Below are positions 1-6,542 of a DNA stretch of 9,998 nucleotides, piece after piece; position 1 is the stretch's first letter, and each line of letters opens with the position of its first letter. The notes below the pieces were generated by a model. The model saw nothing but the letters and a program-made list of their open reading frames with translations, was not told where the DNA came from and did not search any database. The translations under genes and the position numbers were made by a program. The DNA is taken from the NCBI GenBank assembly GCA_028713935.1, contig JAQTNI010000043.1, positions 1 through 9,998 of the forward strand, in the 5' to 3' direction. Origin of the DNA: Candidatus Iainarchaeum sp. (lineage in GTDB: Archaea > Iainarchaeota > Iainarchaeia > Iainarchaeales > GCA-2688035).

Positions 1-59
1 TCGCCCAACCGCATTTGTTTTATAATCCACCGAACCTTGTTTTTGTTCAGCTTCCTCAT
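1..59 (-). CDS. First 19 codons of a transposase-like gene that runs off the left edge (putative HTH N-terminus)
   Basis: The minus-strand ATG at 59..57 opens a frame reading MRKLNKNKVRWIIKQMRLG to the window edge. A GGAGGT motif lies 4 nt upstream of the ATG. The basic K..W/YII.Q/E.R.G N-terminus resembles the HTH N-termini I recall from archaeal rve-type transposases. Only 19 aa are visible. Confidence 0.3.
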   Translation of the reverse strand, partial: MRKLNKNKVRWIIKQMRLG

Positions 60-87
60 AAAGACCTCCCAGTCTAATGAGGAAGCT
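49..87 (-). promoter_or_regulatory. Perfect 11-bp stem with a 17-nt loop that sequesters the start codon of the left-edge transposase-like gene
   Basis: 49-59 AGCTTCCTCAT is the exact reverse complement of 77-87 ATGAGGAAGCT. On the minus-strand mRNA the ATG and the next 8 nt form the 3' arm, and the loop carries GGGAGG. Confidence 0.4.
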
Positions 88-370
88 ACTTCACTTTTAG
101 AGAGGAACTTAAATCGGGATAAGACATAATCGGAAAAAAAAGCCAAATTTTGCAAAACAATTTTTCCAAATTTTTTTTAAAATTCTTTTTCAGAAAGCAA
201 ACAATTTTTGGCTCGGAAAAAACAGCAACGCAAAGGATTTAAAAAACATGACCCAGCAATAAATAGTTAAATAAAACAACTATTAAAATTAAAAATCAAA
301 ATTAATTGCTCAAATTGCCTGAACTTAGCAAAAAAAACTGCAAAAACTGCGGAAATTGGGGTGGAAAAAA

Positions 371-2983
371 ATGGGTTTGAACAAAAAAACTGGTTTTATA
401 TTAACAATAATAATGCTGCTTTTCATAACAAATCTGGCATTTGCAACTGCCCCAACAATCAGCAGCCAAACCCCGGCAAACGGCGCAAATATTAATACTG
501 CACAGATATCCATTTCTTTTGAAATTGTTGACACAGGCTCAGGAATAAAAATAGAGGGCAGTACTGGCCAAGAACACCCCAAAATGAATTTGACTGTGGA
601 TGGAAACGTAATAAATGTTCAAGCAGAAATTGATGCAGACAGATTAATTGCGTCCCTGCCAGATACAAATAATCCAAATTCAACTGTAATTTATGCCTTG
701 CCTTATGAAATAGCAAACCGAAGCGTAAGCGTGCAGGTTGAAGTATGGGATGTGAACGACAATGCAAGCCCTGTCATCACCTGGACTTTTAACGTTGACA
801 CAACAGCACCAATAATAACAGGCACTCCAGCTAACATAACTGCAGAGGCAACAAGCTCAGCAGGTGCAATTGTAAATTATACAAATCCAACTGCAACAGA
901 CAATTCAGGTACTACACCTGTAGTATCGTGCATTCCGGCATCAGGCGGAACATTTCCACTGGGCAGCACAACAGTGACATGCACAGCAACAGATGCCGCA
1001 GGAAACTCGGCAACAACAACATTTATTGTTACTATACAAGACACAACACTCCCGGCAATATCGTCTTTCTCTTCAAGCACAGGAACAAACTGGACTAATT
1101 CCACAACTCCAACATTAAACATTAATGCTGCGGATTCCGGTTCAGGATTAAGCACAATGCGGTTTTCCTGCAACAATTCTAGCTGGAATTCAGAGGTCAG
1201 TTATGCGCAAACATACAGCGGCTTTAATATTCTGACTAGCACAGGGTGCTCTTCAGACAGTGGTGCAAAAACAATTTATTTGCAGGTAAAAGATACCGCT
1301 GGAAACTGGTCTTCCACAATAGGCATTGCAACTGCAATTAATTATGATGGCAGCGCGCCAAATAGCCCTGGAACTCCGGATTGTTCAACTGGGGACGGGC
1401 AGGTCACATTAAGTTGGGGGTCTGTAAATGACAACCCAAGCAATGGAAGCGGGATAAAAGAGTACAGGATATACAAAGGTGGCAGTTATTATGATTACAC
1501 TTCAGGAAGCACATATTCAAAAACAATTACGGGATTAAGCAATGGAACCGCATACACATTTAGAATAAGGTCAGCAGACAATGCGGGAAACGAATCTTCT
1601 GACAGCGCGGAAAGAATATGCACTCCACAGGCCAGCAATAATAATAACAACAACAATCAAAACCAGAATGATTTTGATATTCCGGTTGTTGCCTGGTCAA
1701 GCCCGGCTTCAGGCTCAACTGTTTCTGGAGTTGTGACTCTTGAAGTGACTGCTTCTGACAATGGCACTGGAATCAGTTCAATTATGTTTGAATTGCCCGA
1801 CAAGAATTATGTCGGCACAATGCTGCCTGCAAGCGGTGGAAAATTTAATGGTGTCTGGCAGCTTGAATGGTTTGCCTGGGGCCTTGAAAACGGAAAAGAA
1901 TATATTATAAAGGTGCGCGCAAATGACAGCGGGCATCCTAACAACAGCAGCGCATGGATTTCAAGGACATTCAAGGTTGACAATTCAGCTGCTTTGGCAG
2001 ACCAGCAGAAAACAGAGGCTTCAGCAGAAATTGCAGATGCAGAGGCAAAAAAAACAATTTTTGAAGGAATTGCTGAAAACATGCAGGCCGATGGCGTTGC
2101 GTTAAGCGAACAAAGCGTTTCAGAAAAGGCGGCTGCAGATGGCCTTCTTTTGAGCGCAAAAGACCAGTTTGCAAAAAAGAAATATGCAGAAGCAAGGGAC
2201 AATGCTGTTCTTGCGGCTGAAAAATATTCTGAACTTGCAGATTCACTGGCTGTGAATGATTACGGCAAAAGCCAGGTTTATTCGTTTGCAATGGAAAAAG
2301 CAGAGGCAATTCTCAAAGGATTGGGCTTTACTGACTCTTCAGCTAAAGAAGCAAGCGAATTGATAAGCGCTTTTAATGCAACAAGAAAATTTTCAATAAA
2401 GGAAATAATTGACGGTGATTCAACACGCTACCAGGCAATTGTCACTGTTACTCTTGAGAATTCAGGGGAAGACAGGGAAATCAAAATAATTGAAATTGTG
2501 CCAAAAGAATTCGCAGAAAGCGCTGATTTGATTGGGTCTGGCAGCGGAATGATTGTTCTTGAAGCAGACCCAAAAATAGAATTTGATTTGGCAGTAAAAG
2601 CAGGCGAAACAGCACAGGTCAGCTATTTCCTGAAAAAAGAACTGACAAAAGAAGAGGCTGACCAGTTGCTTGAATCAAATCCAATGGACTTGTTCGTTGC
2701 GCCTCCAATTGTTTTGAACAGGGAAACAAGCACTGGCAATGCCAATGCCGCAGGATTTTTCAGCCTTGGCGGAATCGCGGAAAATGCGGGCTGGATTGGA
2801 TTAATAATTGTTGTTGTAATAATTGCTTGCATTGGATTCCTTGCCTTTAATAACAGGGCACAGGAACCAGACAGCAATTTAAGTTGGAATGGCGGTGGAA
2901 ACATGGGTTTTTTGGACAAATGGAAAAAATCTGAAAAAAAAGAAGAAAAAAAAGCGGGAAAATGGGGCTATAAAGGCGAATAA
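371..2983 (+). CDS. Large secreted, membrane-anchored surface protein. Order: signal peptide, Ig-like, HYR, Ig-like, FN3, Asn/Gln linker, Ig-like, helical stalk, beta-rich juxtamembrane module, TM anchor, Lys/Trp-rich tail.
   Basis: The ORF-track frame is 356-2983. I prefer ATG 371, which is preceded by GGGGTGG-A6, over the TTG at 356. Signal peptide: MGLNKKTGFILTIIMLLFITNLAFA. The HYR-like segment (about nt 797-1042) reads PANITAEATSSAGAIVNYTNPTATDNSG...FPLGSTTVTCTATDAAGNSATTTFIVTIQD. The FN3-like segment (about nt 1346-1627) reads VTLSWGSV...YRIY...TITGLSNGTAYTFRIRSADNAGNES. The TM helix GWIGLIIVVVIIACIGFLAFN lies at about nt 2789-2851. There are 19 N-X-S/T sequons in the ectodomain by hand count. 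Confidence 0.9.
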   Translation: MGLNKKTGFILTIIMLLFITNLAFATAPTISSQTPANGANINTAQISISFEIVDTGSGIKIEGSTGQEHPKMNLTVDGNVINVQAEIDADRLIASLPDTNNPNSTVIYALPYEIANRSVSVQVEVWDVNDNASPVITWTFNVDTTAPIITGTPANITAEATSSAGAIVNYTNPTATDNSGTTPVVSCIPASGGTFPLGSTTVTCTATDAAGNSATTTFIVTIQDTTLPAISSFSSSTGTNWTNSTTPTLNINAADSGSGLSTMRFSCNNSSWNSEVSYAQTYSGFNILTSTGCSSDSGAKTIYLQVKDTAGNWSSTIGIATAINYDGSAPNSPGTPDCSTGDGQVTLSWGSVNDNPSNGSGIKEYRIYKGGSYYDYTSGSTYSKTITGLSNGTAYTFRIRSADNAGNESSDSAERICTPQASNNNNNNNQNQNDFDIPVVAWSSPASGSTVSGVVTLEVTASDNGTGISSIMFELPDKNYVGTMLPASGGKFNGVWQLEWFAWGLENGKEYIIKVRANDSGHPNNSSAWISRTFKVDNSAALADQQKTEASAEIADAEAKKTIFEGIAENMQADGVALSEQSVSEKAAADGLLLSAKDQFAKKKYAEARDNAVLAAEKYSELADSLAVNDYGKSQVYSFAMEKAEAILKGLGFTDSSAKEASELISAFNATRKFSIKEIIDGDSTRYQAIVTVTLENSGEDREIKIIEIVPKEFAESADLIGSGSGMIVLEADPKIEFDLAVKAGETAQVSYFLKKELTKEEADQLLESNPMDLFVAPPIVLNRETSTGNANAAGFFSLGGIAENAGWIGLIIVVVIIACIGFLAFNNRAQEPDSNLSWNGGGNMGFLDKWKKSEKKEEKKAGKWGYKGE
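1637..1669 (+). repeat. In-frame AAT/AAC triplet repeat encoding the NNNNNNNQNQN linker
   Basis: The sequence is aat aat aat aac aac aac aat caa aac cag aat, in frame with the surface-protein CDS, between the FN3 and the next Ig-like module. Confidence 0.8.
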
Positions 2984-3003
2984 ATAAAATGCCCTATTTT
3001 TAT

Positions 3004-3276
3004 TCATTTTCTTTTTCTAAGGAAAAAAACAGTTAAAGACACAATTAGCAAGGCGATTACTGTTGCAATCGCAGATACAAAATTAATTGGCAGGCCAAAA
3101 ACCTGGTTTTCCAAAAGCAAAAAAAGAGCGGGAAAAGCCAATCCAAGCACTGCGCTGAAAACAATTCTTTCAGGCAAATCAAGCTCTTTTTTCGGGAAAA
3201 ACGCGAGCGTAATGAAAAAACCCAGCCCTGGCAATAAAACAATCAGGACTGCAAAAAACAAAATTGTGCCAAGCAT
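3004..3276 (-). CDS. Short (90 aa) three-TM membrane protein resembling the N-terminal membrane region of DUF1616 proteins
   Basis: The ORF-track frame 3004-3447 is open for 147 aa. The motif LLPGLGFFITLAFFPKKELDLPERIVFSAVLGLAFPALFLLLEN matches the PGY...LFP...L...ER..LS.GLS pattern I recall for DUF1616. I prefer the ATG at 3276 because a minus-strand TTTTTATT (plus 3301-3308) lies about 30 nt upstream, and the context GTCCCTATG is identical to the GGR start context. The upstream 57 codons lie in palindromic sequence. Confidence 0.55.
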   Translation of the reverse strand: MLGTILFFAVLIVLLPGLGFFITLAFFPKKELDLPERIVFSAVLGLAFPALFLLLENQVFGLPINFVSAIATVIALLIVSLTVFFLRKRK

Positions 3277-3363
3277 AGGGACTATTTTTGGATTGAAAAC
3301 AATAAAAAGCAATGCTTCAGAAAAAAACAGCTTTCTGAGTGCGCAGTTTTTTGCCAACTTTTT

Positions 3364-3588
3364 GGAAGCGAACATCGCGAAGCATTTTCCACATTGCAAA
3401 CCCAGGGTTTGCGACATTGGAAAGCAATACTTTCCGATGCAACGCAAACTTTGTTTGCATTGTGCGTCGCAAAGCTTCCTTAAAAACCCGTTGGGTTTTT
3501 GAGGCGTCGTAAAAGCTTTGCTTTTACAACGTGCTTTGCAACGAGGTTTTTGAAAGCGACAGCGCTTCGAAAAGCTTAGTGAGCGCTC
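3364..3588. other. Hairpin-dense, GC-elevated spacer: candidate structured RNA or multi-operator regulatory region
   Basis: Hairpins or palindromes: 3396-3412 (GCAAACCC A GGGTTTGC), 3419-3435 (GGAAAG CAATA CTTTCC), 3444-3458 (GCAAAC TTT GTTTGC), 3482-3500 (AAAAACCC GTT GGGTTTTT), 3509-3527 (GTAAAAGC TTT GCTTTTAC, extendable to 3505-3531) and 3561-3587 (AGCGCT...AGCGCT). A long-range pairing of 3465-3475 with 3533-3543 (10 of 11 positions) would close a three-way junction. Hand-counted GC for 3421-3600 is 79/180, versus 13/60 in the spacers at 121-180 and 7301-7360. Confidence 0.35.
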
Positions 3589-3613
3589 CGAAAAAGTTGA
3601 AAAACATAATTGC

Positions 3614-3621
3614 TTTAAAAA
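3614..3621 (+). promoter_or_regulatory. TATA-box-like TTTAAAAA for the GGR gene, implying a leaderless or near-leaderless mRNA
   Basis: TTTAAAAA begins 36 nt upstream of ATG 3650. There is no GGTG-type SD before the start. The same 8-mer sits 31 nt upstream of the flippase ATG. Confidence 0.45.
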
Positions 3622-3649
3622 TTCTTTTGTTTTTTATTCTTCTGTCCCT

Positions 3650-4786
3650 ATGAGCATGATTACTATTGTTGGCGCCGGCCCTGTTGGATTGCATACCGCA
3701 ATAAGCCTCAAAAAAAACGGCTTTGATGTAAGCGTTATTGAGGAACACAGGGAAATCGGAAAGCCTGTGCAGTGCGCAGGCCTGATTTCAAAAAACGGCT
3801 GCAAAGAACTCGGCCTGAACATTGAGGAAGCGCTTGTGAATGAAATAAAAGGCGCAAGGCTTTTTTCCCCATCAGGGGTGGAATTGTCAATCAGGAAAAA
3901 AGAAACAATCGCTTTTGTGGTGGACAGGTACAAATTTGACCAGGCATTTTACAAAAAAGCAGTCAAAGAAAACGTTCCAATGCAATTGAACACAAAGCTT
4001 ATTGACATCAGGAAAAATTCTTTGTTCCTTGAAAGCCAGGGCCATGGCGAATTAAAAAAAACAGACATAATAGTGGGAGCTGACGGTGTTTCTTCAATTG
4101 TAAGGCATGTTGTTGCACCGGAAATCCCCCAGGAAAATTTTGTCCATGCATATCAGGTAAGGGCAAAGGGAATTTTTAACCCGGAAATGGTTGAGGTTTA
4201 TTTTGATGAAAGCGCAAAAGGCCTGTTTGCATGGATAATCCCTGAAAACAGCAGTACTGCAAGAATCGGCCTTGCTGTTCCAATGAATGAAAATCCCGCC
4301 GACAACCTTAAAAAATTCATTGAAAAAAAAGGCCTTGTGCTGGACATTCTTGACAAGTCCAGCGCAATGATTCCGATTGGAAAGCCAATGCAGAACCTTG
4401 CATTTGGAAACATTCTTCTTGCGGGAGACGCAGGCTTTCACACAAAAGCAACAACCGGCGGGGGCATAATTCTTGGATTGCAGGCCGCAAACGCTTGCAG
4501 CGAAACAATAATGGAGCACATTAAAAACAGGAAAAGCCTTTCGGATTACAACAAAAAGCTTTCCAAAATAAACAAAGAGCTTGCAATTCACTGGAAAATA
4601 AGGTCTTACCTTAACGGCCTTGAAAAGCAAAAAATTGACGATTTTTTTTTAAAAGCAAAAAAAGCAGGAATAGAAGAGTTTCTGCAGGAACACGGGGACA
4701 TGGACAATCCAAGCAGGTTCATGGGAAAAATGCTGCGCAGCCCAAGGCTCTGGGGCATGCTTCCTGAGCTCTTAAAAATGGTTTAA
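3650..4786 (+). CDS. FAD-dependent geranylgeranyl reductase family protein (archaeal digeranylgeranylglycerophospholipid-reductase-like)
   Basis: The N-terminal dinucleotide-binding motif is IVGAGPVGLHTAISLKKNGFDVSVIEE. Other family motifs: IGKPVQCAGLIS, IVGADGVSSIVR, and LLAGDAGFHTKATTGGGI near the C-terminal third. Length (378 aa) and motif order are typical of the family. Confidence 0.92.
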   Translation: MSMITIVGAGPVGLHTAISLKKNGFDVSVIEEHREIGKPVQCAGLISKNGCKELGLNIEEALVNEIKGARLFSPSGVELSIRKKETIAFVVDRYKFDQAFYKKAVKENVPMQLNTKLIDIRKNSLFLESQGHGELKKTDIIVGADGVSSIVRHVVAPEIPQENFVHAYQVRAKGIFNPEMVEVYFDESAKGLFAWIIPENSSTARIGLAVPMNENPADNLKKFIEKKGLVLDILDKSSAMIPIGKPMQNLAFGNILLAGDAGFHTKATTGGGIILGLQAANACSETIMEHIKNRKSLSDYNKKLSKINKELAIHWKIRSYLNGLEKQKIDDFFLKAKKAGIEEFLQEHGDMDNPSRFMGKMLRSPRLWGMLPELLKMV

Positions 4787-4837
4787 TTAATTTTCCTGTT
4801 CATCAAAAATAAAAAATTCTTTTCTTTTGGCAACCTA

Positions 4838-4868
4838 CCTTTTCTTTTCTTTCAAAGAAAAGAAAAGG
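4838..4868. repeat. 31-nt perfect palindrome with an all-pyrimidine left arm and an all-purine right arm
   Basis: CCTTTTCTTTTCTTT C AAAGAAAAGAAAAGG: every position from 4838 to 4852 pairs with 4868 to 4854. It lies after the T-rich tail of the GGR gene and 33 nt before the flippase TATA-like box. Confidence 0.6.
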
Positions 4869-4900
4869 CGGAAAGAAAGGGCAGTTTTGTACCAATGGAA

Positions 4901-4908
4901 TTTAAAAA
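4901..4908 (+). promoter_or_regulatory. TATA-box-like TTTAAAAA for the flippase gene
   Basis: It begins 31 nt upstream of ATG 4932, and no SD-like motif lies between. Confidence 0.45.
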
Positions 4909-4931
4909 ACTCTTCAAGCAAAGCGGATACT

Positions 4932-6539
4932 ATGCAGGCTGACTTAAACCTTGTAGTGAAAGGCGCTGCGCTGATGGCTGCGGGCATTATAGCCAGCAAG
5001 ATACTGGGCATGATTTTCCAGATTATCCTTGTAAACATACTTACGCCTGACGAGCTTGGCTTGTTTTTTCTCGCCACTGGCATAATTGCTTTTTTTGTAA
5101 TACTTGCAAATTTCGGCCTGATTGATTCATTGACAAGGTTTGTGGCATTTTACCTTGAAAAAAAAGACTTTCCAAGAATAAAAGGCACAATTTTCTCGGC
5201 AATAAAAATACATTTTATTCTGTGTGTTTTAATAGGAATCCTGGTTTTTTTGCTTTCGGACTGGATTGCCGGTGCGATTTTTGCAAAGCCGCAACTGGGC
5301 GTGCTTTTGAAACTCTTGGCAATCACTGTGCCACTGACTACAATAGGCGGGGATTTCCAGAGCGCAATGGATGGCTTCAAACAAATAAAATACAAAATTT
5401 ATATAAGAAGGGTAATCCAGCTTTTGTCAAAAATAGTGATACTGCTGGCATTGGCCCTTGCGGGATTTTCGCTTATTGGCGCAATATTGACGTTTGTGCT
5501 TACGGAAGCGGTTGCATTCATATTCGGGCTTTTTTTTCTTGAAAAAAAAGTCTTTTCAATAACAAACCCAAAAATAACTGCCATTCCTACAGGAAGGGAA
5601 TTGGTAAAATTTTCTGCTCCGCTATTCCTGACAGGAATATTTTCCTACGCGTTTGTAAACTTTGATGTTATCCTGCTTGGTTTTTTTGCGCCTGCCTACA
5701 ATGCCGGGATTTACGGCGTTGCCCTGACCACTGCCAATTTCGGGCAGGCGCCTCTGGAAGCGCTTGCAGTCCTTGTAATCCCGATTACAACAAGCTATTT
5801 TGCCATGGCAAAAATAGGGGAATTCAAAAAATTTTTTGGCACAATTTCAAGATGGCTTTTTTTAGTGGCTTTTCCGCTGACGGCATTGCTGATAGTTTTT
5901 GCCGAGCCTATCCAGGTATTGTTATTTGGCAAACTGTATGCGGGCAGCGCCCTTGCATTGGACATTCTTCTTGTTGGCTTTTTTGTCAATACAATAACAG
6001 GCCCTACGCAGCAATCATTGATTGCGGCGGGAAAAACAAAATTGATACTTGGAAATGCCATACTCTTGGGGATTTTGTCAATCGGATTAAACAGCATTCT
6101 TGCGCCGCTTTTTGCACAGCCAGTTCTTTTCCTGCCGGCCGGCTCTGAACACATAGGGACTGCAATTGCAACAGCGGCCACAAATGCAGCTTGGGGCATA
6201 TTGACTTTGGCAGAGCTTTATGTCCTTTTCAGGATCCAGCCATTCACAAAAAACCACCTGAAAGTGCTTTGCTCTGCGGCAATGGCAGTTGCCGCAACTG
6301 TACTGATTGCGGAAACAGCAATCCCATTTTCGATAATGTCGGCAATTACAATGGGCAGAATTTTCATATTGCTTTACCTGGTTGCGGCTGCGGCAATATT
6401 CGTTGTGCTTTATTTCCCGTTATTGCTGATTTTCAGGAGTTTCCATGAAGAAGACCTGCAGATAATGCTCGCAATTGAAAGAAAAACAGGCTTCAGGGTT
6501 GAATTTCTCAGGAACATTGCAAAAAAAATTATAAAATAA
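4932..6539 (+). CDS. Polysaccharide/oligosaccharide flippase, MOP superfamily (Wzx/RfbX-like, Polysacc_synt)
   Basis: The ORF-track frame is 4827-6539. I prefer ATG 4932 (MQADLNLVVKGAALMAAGIIASKILGMIFQIILVNILTPDELG), because the TTG at 4827 would translate through the palindrome and the TATA box. The protein is multi-pass and hydrophobic throughout (about 12-14 helices by eye), with the N-terminal pattern typical of the family. Confidence 0.88.
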   Translation: MQADLNLVVKGAALMAAGIIASKILGMIFQIILVNILTPDELGLFFLATGIIAFFVILANFGLIDSLTRFVAFYLEKKDFPRIKGTIFSAIKIHFILCVLIGILVFLLSDWIAGAIFAKPQLGVLLKLLAITVPLTTIGGDFQSAMDGFKQIKYKIYIRRVIQLLSKIVILLALALAGFSLIGAILTFVLTEAVAFIFGLFFLEKKVFSITNPKITAIPTGRELVKFSAPLFLTGIFSYAFVNFDVILLGFFAPAYNAGIYGVALTTANFGQAPLEALAVLVIPITTSYFAMAKIGEFKKFFGTISRWLFLVAFPLTALLIVFAEPIQVLLFGKLYAGSALALDILLVGFFVNTITGPTQQSLIAAGKTKLILGNAILLGILSIGLNSILAPLFAQPVLFLPAGSEHIGTAIATAATNAAWGILTLAELYVLFRIQPFTKNHLKVLCSAAMAVAATVLIAETAIPFSIMSAITMGRIFILLYLVAAAAIFVVLYFPLLLIFRSFHEEDLQIMLAIERKTGFRVEFLRNIAKKIIK

Positions 6540-6542
6540 AAT

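Noticed and set aside
88-200. Search for IS terminal inverted repeats by comparing the reverse complement of 88-200 with 9743-9786
   Set aside because: Only a weak CGAT(T)TAAG similarity was found, which is not enough to define IS ends.
225-234. 10-mer GCAACGCAAA shared between 225-234 and 3439-3448
   Set aside because: Dozens of 10-mer coincidences are expected by chance within a 10-kb window, and the flanks do not match.
325-2919. Seven ORF-track frames overlapping the surface-protein gene: 325-582, 492-767, 877-1176, 1807-2202, 1971-2309 and 2623-2919 on the minus strand, and 1923-2105 on the plus strand in another frame
   Set aside because: All lie inside a long frame with clear domain signatures. 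Their translations are low-complexity or Cys/Leu/Phe-rich with no recognisable motifs, as expected for off-frame or antisense readings.
3212-3502. Plus-strand 96-aa ORF, and the Cys-rich upstream extension (3277-3447) of the minus-strand membrane ORF
   Set aside because: Both strands are open across the same TGCA-rich palindromic DNA, and the Cys codons come from TGC/GCA palindromes. The plus ORF is antisense to the DUF1616-like helices at its 5' end. I therefore treat this stretch as non-coding, with low certainty for the minus-strand extension.
4203-4244. TGATGA followed by CTGA, suggestive of a C/D-box sRNA
   Set aside because: It lies inside the GGR coding frame. The spacing is too short for a full C-D'-C'-D unit, there are no terminal complementary ends, and the base before the C box is not a purine.
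3524-4630. Minus-strand ORFs 3524-3748, 3634-3933, 4094-4630, 4198-4413 and 4317-4508
   Set aside because: They are antisense to, or overlap, the well-supported GGR gene and its promoter, and show no family features.
4827-4931. TTG start at 4827 for the flippase (ORF-track coordinates)
   Set aside because: It would translate through the 31-nt palindrome and the TATA-like box, adding an implausible MATYLFFSFKEKKRRKERA leader. ATG 4932 gives a canonical flippase N-terminus.
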